64,000 nt of DNA from an uncultured archaeon (lineage in GTDB: Archaea; Asgardarchaeota; Hermodarchaeia; Hermodarchaeales; Hermodarchaeaceae): positions 58,267-122,266 of the forward strand of contig CAYFXC010000009.1 of assembly GCA_964347045.1 (NCBI GenBank), in the 5' to 3' direction. The notes beneath the pieces are model-generated. The model searched no databases and had not been told where the DNA came from. It saw only the letters and a list, made by a program, of their open reading frames with translations. The translations under genes were made by a program, and so were the position numbers. Below, piece after piece: positions 44,695 through 54,052 of this stretch; position 1 is the first letter of the stretch, and the number at the start of each line of letters is the position of its first letter.

Positions 44695-45164
44695 TGTTCA
44701 TCACCAAGGAAGTAACTAATTCGTATAGTAACAATTGGGGTTCCGGTTTAAAAGCCTCCCAACTTTAAAAGATAACACATTGCTTAGGGCAGAGTGGTAT
44801 TACGAGATTAGAATATTAGTTGTATTCGAGTACCGGAGCCTATCATTCAACAGGGCTGTGATACTGACTTAGTAATAATGGACGAACTCGACTTCGACAA
44901 CGCTGTAGTCAACTAAATTAATGGGGATTCAGTAGTTTTGTCTTTGACACACACTCCGAGTCAATGAGCGGTTCAATAAACCGGTGCAGGGGAAAACACA
45001 GTTCATTGAAATGTTTAACGCCGGAATCCTCAGATCAATTTGATAAATCTTTCATCAGCCATCAAAACGGATAAACCATTACCGTACCGAAGTAAGGTTT
45101 CATTAATCGATTTGTCAAACAGCCAAGGTGTAATCCTAATTTCATCTGCGAAATCAGATTAGCA

Positions 45165-45395
45165 TTAATTTCCAAGATACAATAATAGACAAAGTAGAAA
45201 CATCATTGCGGCGAAGAAAACAACCACAACTGCCAACTCGATTGTGAATAATGCGCCTAAAGGTGTCCCAATGATAAGTACTGGGTAGATAAGCAGAATG
45301 ATTAGCACCACAAGAAACACGATACCAATCAACCATCCTCGTTGTCGACGACTGAAAAGCATTATGTGGTTCACCTGTTGAAGGTTAGGCGTCAT
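45165..45395 (-). CDS. Small two-TM membrane protein
   Basis: Two hydrophobic helices in 76 aa. Confidence 0.55.
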   Translation of the reverse strand: MTPNLQQVNHIMLFSRRQRGWLIGIVFLVVLIILLIYPVLIIGTPLGALFTIELAVVVVFFAAMMFLLCLLLYLGN

Positions 45396-45538
45396 TGTCT
45401 TTGAACTATTCCTATAAGCCTTTCGTCAGCATCAAAAACTTCTATTACCAGAAATTAAAAACGGTTTCATTCACATTAGGAAATCTTATGTGATATTCTC
45501 TTGATGAGAACGTAGACAGATATACGGGTGCAGTCATT

Positions 45539-46561
45539 GTGGTTCTTTCTGTGATTTCAATCGCTGCCATTCTCACACTCCTTAGTGGTATCTTATCCGG
45601 GATTGGCCATTCTATCCAACGCTATGGGCTTGATAAGTTACCCGAATTATCTCCACGTGCCTTTTATCAACGCCATATCCGCCTTCTCATATCCCTCTTT
45701 ACAACTCCCATCTGGCTTTTAGGTGCTGTTTTAGCTGTTTCGGGAGCTCTTATGCGGTGGCAGGCTTTCTCTTTGGGTGATATTAGCTATCTTAAACCCT
45801 TAACGAACATCAACATACTTATTGTCATCGTTGTTGGTATTCTTTTCCTTGGTGAACTGATCCGACGGTTCGAATGGTTTGGAATTGCGGCTCTCCTAAT
45901 TGGCGTCTTCACCCTGAGTGTACTTGCCCAGGAACGCTATATTGAGAGTTACAACGTTTTTTGGTATATCATCTCCACCATCGTATGTCTTACTTTGGTT
46001 GTGATTTTCGCTTTAATCGGCTCACAGCCCAACCGAACTACACGCGAAAAAGAACTCGTGTTTGCTCTGAGTTCAGGATTACTCTACGGAATCGCAACTA
46101 TATACCTCAAGGCTATGACGATTGAAGTTATCCAGATACTTGGCTTTTTTAGTGTCCTTAATCCCCTCTCTCTCCTCATTCTCATTACCCGTCCATCTTT
46201 CTGGCTCTATCTGATAAGTTCAGTTGTAGCCTATTTTCTTCTTCAATGCGCTTATTCTCATCGCCGAGTGTCTGTTGCGTTCCCTGTGAACAACTCACTT
46301 TCCACCCTAGTTCCTATCATCATTGCTGTCCTCGTATTTGACGATTCATTGCTCATTCTCATAAATGGATTGATTATCTTTCCCTTTTCCTATCTTCCCA
46401 TCATTGGTATCATCGCCATTATGATTGGAATCTTCTTCCTTCGACGGTTTCAAGGACAAGCTTCCCTAACAACACTCAATGCAAATCCCTTAGAAAATGG
46501 ACAATCGGAGGAAAACATTAAAGGACTTTCAAAACGAGCCCAATACCTGCTGGCTTCATAG
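45539..46561 (+). CDS. DMT-superfamily membrane transporter (NIPA/EamA-like)
   Basis: About 9-10 TM segments; PIWLLG, AFSLGDISYLKPL, FLGE...EWFG, LQCAY...VAFP. Confidence 0.8.
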   Translation: MVLSVISIAAILTLLSGILSGIGHSIQRYGLDKLPELSPRAFYQRHIRLLISLFTTPIWLLGAVLAVSGALMRWQAFSLGDISYLKPLTNINILIVIVVGILFLGELIRRFEWFGIAALLIGVFTLSVLAQERYIESYNVFWYIISTIVCLTLVVIFALIGSQPNRTTREKELVFALSSGLLYGIATIYLKAMTIEVIQILGFFSVLNPLSLLILITRPSFWLYLISSVVAYFLLQCAYSHRRVSVAFPVNNSLSTLVPIIIAVLVFDDSLLILINGLIIFPFSYLPIIGIIAIMIGIFFLRRFQGQASLTTLNANPLENGQSEENIKGLSKRAQYLLAS

Positions 46562-46569
46562 CATTCGAA

Positions 46570-47898
46570 ATGGCAGGTGAAAGTTCCGTGGATCGGTTTC
46601 TCTCTCAACTCGATGAAGCATGGAAAACAGGATATGACTTTGTCAAGAGTGGACCCATTCTCTTGAAGCGAACTGACATCAACTCTGTGATGCCTAGTTC
46701 AGGAAAAATCATCAATGATCGTCGGATTCGTGAAGCTCTGGTTACCAGTATCGAACTTAGAAAAACAGGCGCCTTTGCCATAACCGAAGGTGCCCATCAA
46801 TCGCGAAAAGGAAAATCCGATTTTTATCCCACTCTTGAACATACACAAGTAATGAATCGTATTCTTAAAGAACAACATCCAGAATATTATAATGACTGGG
46901 AATATGTTTTCAACGAAACCTGTTGGGGCTTGTCGCAGTTCGAATATCTCACTGAGGGTAAAAACATTGTTAGTAATAACATTCGCTTTGCTCCATGGGA
47001 GCTCCAAGTTCCCTCGAACCTTGAACTAATTTCTCCAGTCCGATTAATTATCAAACTCCAAGCTGCTGGACACAGGGTTGGTTATGTTCAGGATGCTTTT
47101 GCCTCCGCCCATCGCGGGGGGAAGGGGAAAGACACATCTATGTTTGCATTACCAGCTTACCTTAAGAAACAAGGAATCCCCGTTTTTCCCTCACGAAGTT
47201 TTGTTAATGAAATGCGTAAATATGCAAAAATTCATGAATTGATTTCCAAGAGCAAGCGAGTTATTGTCGCCTTGTTTGGTGGCAAGATTAAGGATTATCT
47301 CGATGTTTTATCACTCTATAAACGTCGGGATAACACAGAATTTCTTGCAGGCTCCCTTCTAAGTCTTGTCTTCATGAAAAGCCAAAACCCCTCACTTAAC
47401 TTTGGAATCAATGATGAGCGGTTCTTTGGTGATATTGGGCCAAAGGAGCTCAAACAATTTAGGGAGCATTTTGATCCTAATCGGGTTCATTTGGCAAAAG
47501 ATGTTCTTCTTTCAACACCAGAACAAATCGTCACTAAAACCCTAGGAGCAAAAAAGAAAATTCGACATGATGTTCAAGGCATTGGCCCAATTACTGCCCA
47601 AGAATTCGCGGATGTAGTTAAGGGAGCTCAATTGCTTATCATTAATGGGGTTCCTTGTAATATCAACCGCTTCGATGAATTTGGAGCGCCATTCACAGAA
47701 TTCCTCAGACTGGTCCGAAAACAAAATGGTAATCTTAAAATCTACGAGTGTGGTGGCGACGCCATAACTGCCATAAAAATGACCAATATTACAACGGATG
47801 AAAGTTCGACAGCTGGAAAACTTGGTCTTCTTGCGCCTATGATTGAAACTATGCAAGACTTGGAACTATATGCGCCCTCTGTCATTCCACTTCTTTGA
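46570..47898 (+). CDS. Highly divergent phosphoglycerate-kinase-family protein
   Basis: RTDINS, DRRIR, AHQSR, NIRF..E, YVQDAFASAHR, IGPIT, NG, GGD, ST.G in PGK order; ATP-site motifs altered. Confidence 0.75.
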   Translation: MAGESSVDRFLSQLDEAWKTGYDFVKSGPILLKRTDINSVMPSSGKIINDRRIREALVTSIELRKTGAFAITEGAHQSRKGKSDFYPTLEHTQVMNRILKEQHPEYYNDWEYVFNETCWGLSQFEYLTEGKNIVSNNIRFAPWELQVPSNLELISPVRLIIKLQAAGHRVGYVQDAFASAHRGGKGKDTSMFALPAYLKKQGIPVFPSRSFVNEMRKYAKIHELISKSKRVIVALFGGKIKDYLDVLSLYKRRDNTEFLAGSLLSLVFMKSQNPSLNFGINDERFFGDIGPKELKQFREHFDPNRVHLAKDVLLSTPEQIVTKTLGAKKKIRHDVQGIGPITAQEFADVVKGAQLLIINGVPCNINRFDEFGAPFTEFLRLVRKQNGNLKIYECGGDAITAIKMTNITTDESSTAGKLGLLAPMIETMQDLELYAPSVIPLL

Positions 47899-47953
47899 CA
47901 CTTTGACCAAGGCATCATTTAGGAACCATTTTGTAATTATTGTCTATTGCTGA

Positions 47954-50056
47954 CTACTCTGTGGACCTGCCGCAATGTCCGCAAAAGATGGCGTTAGGAG
48001 TGAGGGGTGCTCCGCAATGAAAACAAAACCCTGTGCGTACTGAATCGTCTGGCAGGGAACTCATATCTGAGGGTGGAGGATAACTTGGAGGGGGTCCACG
48101 CGCAGACTCTGAATCCCGTGTAGGTGACCATAGATATTCTTGGCTCCTTCTCTTTCGTCGTTGAATCTGCATACATACAAACAGAACAATTACAAGAATT
48201 ACTGCAGCCGCGATGATGACCCAAATGATCAAACCAAATCCCGTGACTGCGAGGGAATAGTACGATCCCCCATTATCATCAGTAACCATTCGTCCTCCGG
48301 CATCTATCACAGTCACGTAATAGGTGACAGTTACTCCTGGTAGAAAGGTGCCCATTGCACCTTGCCATTCGTTGCCACTAATAAAGACCATATCAATGTG
48401 GTACCAGCGTGTATCGCCTTGACGTTGATAGAAAATTGTGGCGTTGACTATCCAGGTGTCATCTGTGGCTTGAAGACTCACAATAACTGCATCTCCAAAG
48501 CCTGGAACCTCTGGGCTATGACTAACCGCGCTAATGACAGGATCTTCCAAATCAACGACAAATTGGGAGTTAATGGATAAGCGGCGTCCAGTTCCTGCAA
48601 GCTCCATGACCAATGTAGCATTGTGTAAACCCGATGTTAATCCAGTAATGTCTTGACTGGTTCCTAATCCAGTATATTCTAAGATGCCATCTATGTATAG
48701 TTCGTAATGGTCAATTCCAGGACCCGCGGCGCTGCCGGTCCATTCTACGGTCGTATTAGGCGAAAGAACGGCACTCCCGTCTAAAGGATTGAGGAATTGC
48801 ATGAAGGCTCGAATAATGGAGATGTTATAGGACGCCCCAACAGTATTTTCAACGACCATTGAAAATTGTCCGGTTGAAGAAACATAAGAGTCTACTTCGC
48901 CGAACCCGATTCCAAATGCTCCATCATCGACCGTTGAAGTACCAGGATGGGAATCAATTACTTGAACAATACCTTGCCCTGAATCAAGGGATTCATCAAT
49001 GTAGGTAATGACTACACCCTCGCCACCTGCGCCTGGCCAAGGAAGTGAGGCGTCATACCCGATTTTTCGGCGAACTTCAATGAGGAAATATTGCTCAGAA
49101 GTAACATTAATCCGAACTAAATGAACACCTGATGTACTCTGCTCGAGAGGATCAATCACTGTCGTATTATCCGATAAAACTTCAACAATATTGCTTGCGT
49201 TGATCCAACCAAGCTCTGCCTTGCTCCACCCCATCATATGCGAGGGCTGATCACCCAAACCCATGGGACCATTCCATGAACCTTTACCCATCAATCCCCA
49301 GTGACCAACATATTCGGTTCCTGTATAATCCACATCATATAGGTCAGGTAATCCCAGATCATGACCAAATTCATGGGCAAGCACGCCAACAAACGATGGG
49401 TCTCCAGGAAGACTTTCTTCAGGGCTTACCGATGCTCGATGGATAGTTACTCCATCATTCGTTGGGAGATTAAAGTTCCACCATTCACTTGACCAATAAT
49501 CTTGCCAATCATGACTAAGCTCTTGACCTTGGCCCGCATGAATAATTGTCACCCCATCATAATTCGAAAAATCAACTACTGGATCCGCAAGAGATATCGC
49601 TTCTGAAACTAAATCAAACTTGGGATCGCTTGGAAAAGTGGTTCCGTCAACATAGGAAGCACGATTATTTGAAAGTGTGAGCCATGCTGTTGTTTCACCG
49701 GTAACATGAGTAAGGCCATACGATAGTTCATCAATATAATTATCTAGCTCTGATATGGCATTCGTCCGAACTTGTGTGGACGAAAAGGTGTGTGTCTTAT
49801 CAGGAAACTCCACAAGAATTACAATCAAATTTCTTGTGCCAGTAACTTGCACAGATGAATATTGCACTTCACGAGGAGGAGGACCGTCAAGACCAACCCG
49901 GGCAGACATAGGCCTTGACATTGCCGAAGCATGAGTCGATTTTGAGAATGCTGAAAACGCACCCATTGCAACAGGCGCAATTAAAGAAAGAAAAAGAATC
50001 AGTAATAATAGGACTACTGGAAACACCTTGGGTTTTTGCCTGAATAAATTATTCAT
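47954..50056 (-). CDS. M6-family (immune inhibitor A-like) metalloprotease, membrane-anchored, with cytoplasmic zinc ribbon
   Basis: VILVEFPD, IIHAGQGQE, AHEFGHDLGLPDLYD, WGLMGKGSW, WSKAELGW, QYFLIEVR; TM; CFHC...CGHC. Start ATG 50056 preferred over 50131. Confidence 0.9.
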   Translation of the reverse strand: MNNLFRQKPKVFPVVLLLLILFLSLIAPVAMGAFSAFSKSTHASAMSRPMSARVGLDGPPPREVQYSSVQVTGTRNLIVILVEFPDKTHTFSSTQVRTNAISELDNYIDELSYGLTHVTGETTAWLTLSNNRASYVDGTTFPSDPKFDLVSEAISLADPVVDFSNYDGVTIIHAGQGQELSHDWQDYWSSEWWNFNLPTNDGVTIHRASVSPEESLPGDPSFVGVLAHEFGHDLGLPDLYDVDYTGTEYVGHWGLMGKGSWNGPMGLGDQPSHMMGWSKAELGWINASNIVEVLSDNTTVIDPLEQSTSGVHLVRINVTSEQYFLIEVRRKIGYDASLPWPGAGGEGVVITYIDESLDSGQGIVQVIDSHPGTSTVDDGAFGIGFGEVDSYVSSTGQFSMVVENTVGASYNISIIRAFMQFLNPLDGSAVLSPNTTVEWTGSAAGPGIDHYELYIDGILEYTGLGTSQDITGLTSGLHNATLVMELAGTGRRLSINSQFVVDLEDPVISAVSHSPEVPGFGDAVIVSLQATDDTWIVNATIFYQRQGDTRWYHIDMVFISGNEWQGAMGTFLPGVTVTYYVTVIDAGGRMVTDDNGGSYYSLAVTGFGLIIWVIIAAAVILVIVLFVCMQIQRRKRRSQEYLWSPTRDSESARGPPPSYPPPSDMSSLPDDSVRTGFCFHCGAPLTPNAIFCGHCGRSTE

Positions 50057-50268
50057 TAATTTTAACCTCTGGATTCCATCTACACCAGGTTTGGTGCACT
50101 TGTCTAGTCTGAAATATGCAACACTGCTCACAAGCGTCTATGAAACCTCTTAAAATCCCAGTCATAAACTTTCGGTTCTATCCAAACCCTAAACCAGTTT
50201 TCTGATTCCCTCGCAAAGAGATTTCGAGTTACAAAGCAAGATGGTAATATAGTCATGATTAAAGCCAG

Positions 50269-50832
50269 TTATTTTAAAATCCGTTTTTCTTCATGAGATT
50301 GATAAATCATCTTCGCTAAGGTATTAAAAGCAGAAGTAACTTGATGACCGGTTTTTGCCGATGTCTCCTCGTATTGAAATAGTCCATATTTCTTAGCCAT
50401 ACTTTCTCCCTGTGCTCTAGTGATCTTTCGCTTATCTTTTAGGTCATTTTTGTTTCCAAGCAGTATTAGGGGGGGGTCGGTTTCTACTGCATCCCGGAAG
50501 GCTTCAACCCATATGGGAATCGAATCTAAAGTTTGAGGGCGAGTTAAATCAAAAACTAAGATTCCTCCGGACGCTCCTTGGCAGTATCGTGTGCGAAGGT
50601 CACGAAAAATGTCTTGTCCTGCTAAGTCCCAAATTAACAGCTTGAATAGGTGTGGGTCAATTATTGCATCATAGGTACTTATGTCAATACCAAGAGTACG
50701 ATGGTAGTCGCGTTCGAATTTTCCAGTAACATATTGGTTGACAAGGCTTGTTTTGCCTACGGCGGCTTCACCGAGAGTGACAAGCTTATAAACTGCATCA
50801 AATCGTTGTTCTTCATCAGGAATTCTACTCAC
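50269..50832 (-). CDS. Rab-like small GTPase
   Basis: GEAAVGKTS, YHRTLGID, WDLAGQ, GNKND, ETSAKTG; SD ggagg. Confidence 0.92.
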   Translation of the reverse strand: MSRIPDEEQRFDAVYKLVTLGEAAVGKTSLVNQYVTGKFERDYHRTLGIDISTYDAIIDPHLFKLLIWDLAGQDIFRDLRTRYCQGASGGILVFDLTRPQTLDSIPIWVEAFRDAVETDPPLILLGNKNDLKDKRKITRAQGESMAKKYGLFQYEETSAKTGHQVTSAFNTLAKMIYQSHEEKRILK

Positions 50833-50932
50833 TTCTCAACCTCCATATCGCCTGAAAGGAAATCCAGCCTAATGGTGTTTCCCTCTAATTGTTGTCGAAT
50901 ATCTCACACAAAAAACTTCCGCCACAACCCTA

Positions 50933-51301
50933 CTATGATAAAATTTGTTTCAGCTTTTGCTCATAGTTCTCATAAAGTTCCAACAACATGACCCCTAATT
51001 TTGTCAAAGCTGTGCCGCCCTTACCATCACTATATCCTCGCCGTTTCTCCACGATTGGAGCGCCAATGCGCTCTTCTACCTTCTGGAGATAGCCCCATGC
51101 AAACCGATAGGAAGGTGTTTCCATTTCTCCCAAGGCATCCTGAGGTAATGTTTTCACTGCTTGGCTAATTGAGCCTTTCTCTGCAATCCCCCGTAAAAGC
51201 AAAGCGCCTCCTCGACCAATAATCAGTTCTCCATTAAGTTCAAACCATAATTTAGCCTTGGGTTCTAGCGCTTCAAGTAGCGGGTCTTTGATATTCGTCA
51301 T
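50933..51301 (-). CDS. ModE N-terminal-type winged HTH regulator
   Basis: KAKLWFE...IIGRG...LL..I...GSISQA...SYRFAWGYL...VEKRRG...GGT.LT..G. Confidence 0.85.
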   Translation of the reverse strand: MTNIKDPLLEALEPKAKLWFELNGELIIGRGGALLLRGIAEKGSISQAVKTLPQDALGEMETPSYRFAWGYLQKVEERIGAPIVEKRRGYSDGKGGTALTKLGVMLLELYENYEQKLKQILS

Positions 51302-51476
51302 ACAAGACACCTTTATCTTATAGCTGGTTCTAATTCATTTGGTAGCTTGACCTCGTTGTGAGTTGCCTATTGATTTATCCAATACTTCATATAGCTACTG
51401 GCTCGTCAGGATCATTGAGCCGAAAGGTCTTAACATGCCATCCTTAAAGAGTAAATAAAACTGAGAAGATCTCAAA

Positions 51477-52229
51477 ATGGCTTCATCCTCTCTTTCTCGA
51501 ATGATTGTTAACTCGCTCAAGGCAATCCTTGGTGAAGACTACACGGTCCTCTCATTTGAAAAACTCCCTAGTCGACGAAACGATGTCTATAAAGTAATAG
51601 GTTCAGATTCCTCCCAATCCATTCCTACTTTTCTTGTGGCGAAATTCTATAGGCAAGCTGGAATTGCACATGAAACCTCAATTTTACAAAAGGCATATCA
51701 ACATAACCTTCATGTACCTGCCATTATTGGCACAACAGCTGATGTTATCATTCTAGAATACATTGATGCACCAAATCTCTGTGATTTAATCACCATTAAC
51801 CCTGACATAATGCTTGGGAAGATGCTTGGGTCATGGTTTGCTAATTATCACACTGTCTTTTCAAGGGGAGGTGATCAAGTTCTCACAAAAGGTGATGCAC
51901 GTATCCACAACTTCCTTGTCCAACAGACTCATTTAGTAGGCGTTGACTTTGAAGAAAGTCATATAGGTTCTTATGTCGAAGATCTTGCAGTCGTTTGTGC
52001 TTCTATTCTTGACACTACTCCGATTTTTACCAAACCCAAACTCAAACTTTGCACAGTGATTCTCGGCCAGTACGCTCAACTTCGTCAAATCCGCAACCGA
52101 CAGCAATTGAACTCCGCTACCTACACCCAAATGATACAGGTTCTCCACGAAACTGCGATACGCCGTGGTAATCCCCCCCATCTCCTACGCTGCATTAATC
52201 AGTTCGAAAAGGTTCCTTTTCCATTGTAA
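51477..52229 (+). CDS. Protein-kinase-like / aminoglycoside phosphotransferase-family kinase
   Basis: SRRNDVYK, VAKFY, E..IL, VP.I, LEYI, KGDARIHNF (catalytic loop), VDFE, EDL. Confidence 0.8.
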   Translation: MASSSLSRMIVNSLKAILGEDYTVLSFEKLPSRRNDVYKVIGSDSSQSIPTFLVAKFYRQAGIAHETSILQKAYQHNLHVPAIIGTTADVIILEYIDAPNLCDLITINPDIMLGKMLGSWFANYHTVFSRGGDQVLTKGDARIHNFLVQQTHLVGVDFEESHIGSYVEDLAVVCASILDTTPIFTKPKLKLCTVILGQYAQLRQIRNRQQLNSATYTQMIQVLHETAIRRGNPPHLLRCINQFEKVPFPL

Positions 52230-52474
52230 GCGTACCTGCTTTTTCGAATGTAGGGTTTTTCTCGTTTATTCTTCTTGAGCGAGTAAAGATACAACAATCG
52301 GTTGATTTAGGTTTTATTGAAAGTTAGGCAATTTTCAAGCATCTGCTTAAAGTGATGAATCTGTCGACTTTTCCTACCTATGTCGTACAAAAGCCTTTAA
52401 GTCGGCTTAATGAGAACCAAATTTACTCCCAACTGGAGTGTCATCAATACAAACTTTCGGAGGCATAATGAGAT

Positions 52475-52813
52475 ATGGCAGATGAAGATACAGCCCGAAC
52501 CCTTGTAACAATTGGCGCCTGGCTCCAATTTATCTTCTGGTTACTCGGCATCGGTTTAATCGTCTTTACATTTATGCTGTTCTTACCAATTTGGGACCCA
52601 TTTATCATGATGGTATTTCTCATGGCGATACTGTTCTACCTACTTTGGAGTATCTTTGGAATTATCTTCTTTATCCTTTGGTTCCGCTGGCGGCATGAAC
52701 CCGGTGCTCACAAGACTGGTCTCATCGTTACAGGAATTCTCGGGATAATCTTGGCTGGCTTTATTCCAGGACTCCTTGTCCTAATTGCTGGAGCAATTGC
52801 TCCATCAGAATAG
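52475..52813 (+). CDS. Small membrane protein (DUF4064-like)
   Basis: SD ggagg; three to four TM segments; LIVTGILG...IPGLLVLIAG. Confidence 0.75.
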   Translation: MADEDTARTLVTIGAWLQFIFWLLGIGLIVFTFMLFLPIWDPFIMMVFLMAILFYLLWSIFGIIFFILWFRWRHEPGAHKTGLIVTGILGIILAGFIPGLLVLIAGAIAPSE

Positions 52814-52825
52814 ACCAATTATAGC

Positions 52826-52877
52826 GCAAGCTCTAGGCTTGCTGGTCCCCCCCTTTTTTTCTTTTTTTTATTTTCTT
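52826..52877 (+). terminator. Hairpin plus U-tract terminator
   Basis: GCAAGC-TCTAG-GCTTGC, then a C run and long T runs. Confidence 0.6.
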
Positions 52878-53020
52878 GAGTGCAGTGTAGGTTAGAAATC
52901 TTATTGAGTTAAGTTTATCGGTATATCTTGATTCACTTTGGCTTGGCGGAACCTTTATGGTCTATGGGTAGTGGAATGATGGAGATAACAACATATCATT
53001 AACTTGGGAGGTCATTGCTG

Positions 53021-54052
53021 TTGGGTGTTAAGCTGGCGCCCCTTATTACACCTCAAGTATTAACTCTAGAGGAATTGCGAAGTCGGTCATTTGCTGTTGA
53101 TGCGGCCAATCAGCTTCACCAATTCCTTGCACTAATTCGTACACCTGATGGGATTCCTCTAAAGGATCGAGAAGGAAGAGTTACCTCCCATCTTGTTGGT
53201 TTACTATATCGCTCGACACGACTTATAGCCGAATTTGATATGAAGCTCATTTTTGTATTTGATGGAGAACCTCCTGATCTCAAATCTGACGAAATAACAA
53301 AGCGCCGCGAACAGCGTAAACGAGCCGAACGCGAATTCGCGGAAGCGGTAGCCAAAGGTGATATGAAGACAGCTTGGTCGAAAGCAGTCGGAACTGGACG
53401 CCTCACACAGCAAATGGCTGAGGAAGCACAACAAGTACTTACTTATCTTGGTATTCCCTATGTTCAGGCTCCAGGTGAGGGCGAAGCCCAAGCGGCTTAC
53501 ATGGTTCAACGTGGTGATGCCTGGGCTACTGCAAGCCGTGATTTTGATACGCTTCTTTTTGGTACACCCAGATTGTTACGTTATTTGACACTCACTGGTC
53601 GTAAACGCTTACCCAGTAAAGGTACCAGTGTTCCACTTCAACCAGAACTCATTGACCTCCACAAGGTCTTTGCTGACAATGGTATTAACCGAGAACAACT
53701 CGTTGATATGGCTCTGCTCATAGGAACAGATTTCAACGAGGGTGTCTCCCAAGTAGGTCCAAAAACAGCTTTGAAACTCATCAAGGAAAACAACAGCCTT
53801 GAAAACTTACCCAGTAAAATCCTTGAACAACTCCCTCCAAATTATCACAAAATCCGTCGAATATTCTTAGATCATCCGATTAGTGATGAGTATGATATCA
53901 CTCCCAAACCTATCGATAGGGATGGATTAATTAATTTCCTATGTTACGAACGGGGGTTTTCAGAAACCCGTGTAAATAACGTGGTTGATCGTCTCCAAAG
54001 AGCCAAAAAAGGACAACGCCAACAGAGTCTCAATAATTGGACTAAAGGCTAA
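53021..54052 (+). CDS. fen: Flap endonuclease 1
   Basis: MGV start (TTG 53021, SD GGAGG), AVDA.NQL.QFL..IR..DG, TSHL.G, FVFDG.PP..K, APGEGEAQA, S.DFD.LLFG, IGTDFN.GV..VGPKTA; PIP box QQSLNNW. Confidence 0.96.
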   Translation: MGVKLAPLITPQVLTLEELRSRSFAVDAANQLHQFLALIRTPDGIPLKDREGRVTSHLVGLLYRSTRLIAEFDMKLIFVFDGEPPDLKSDEITKRREQRKRAEREFAEAVAKGDMKTAWSKAVGTGRLTQQMAEEAQQVLTYLGIPYVQAPGEGEAQAAYMVQRGDAWATASRDFDTLLFGTPRLLRYLTLTGRKRLPSKGTSVPLQPELIDLHKVFADNGINREQLVDMALLIGTDFNEGVSQVGPKTALKLIKENNSLENLPSKILEQLPPNYHKIRRIFLDHPISDEYDITPKPIDRDGLINFLCYERGFSETRVNNVVDRLQRAKKGQRQQSLNNWTKG

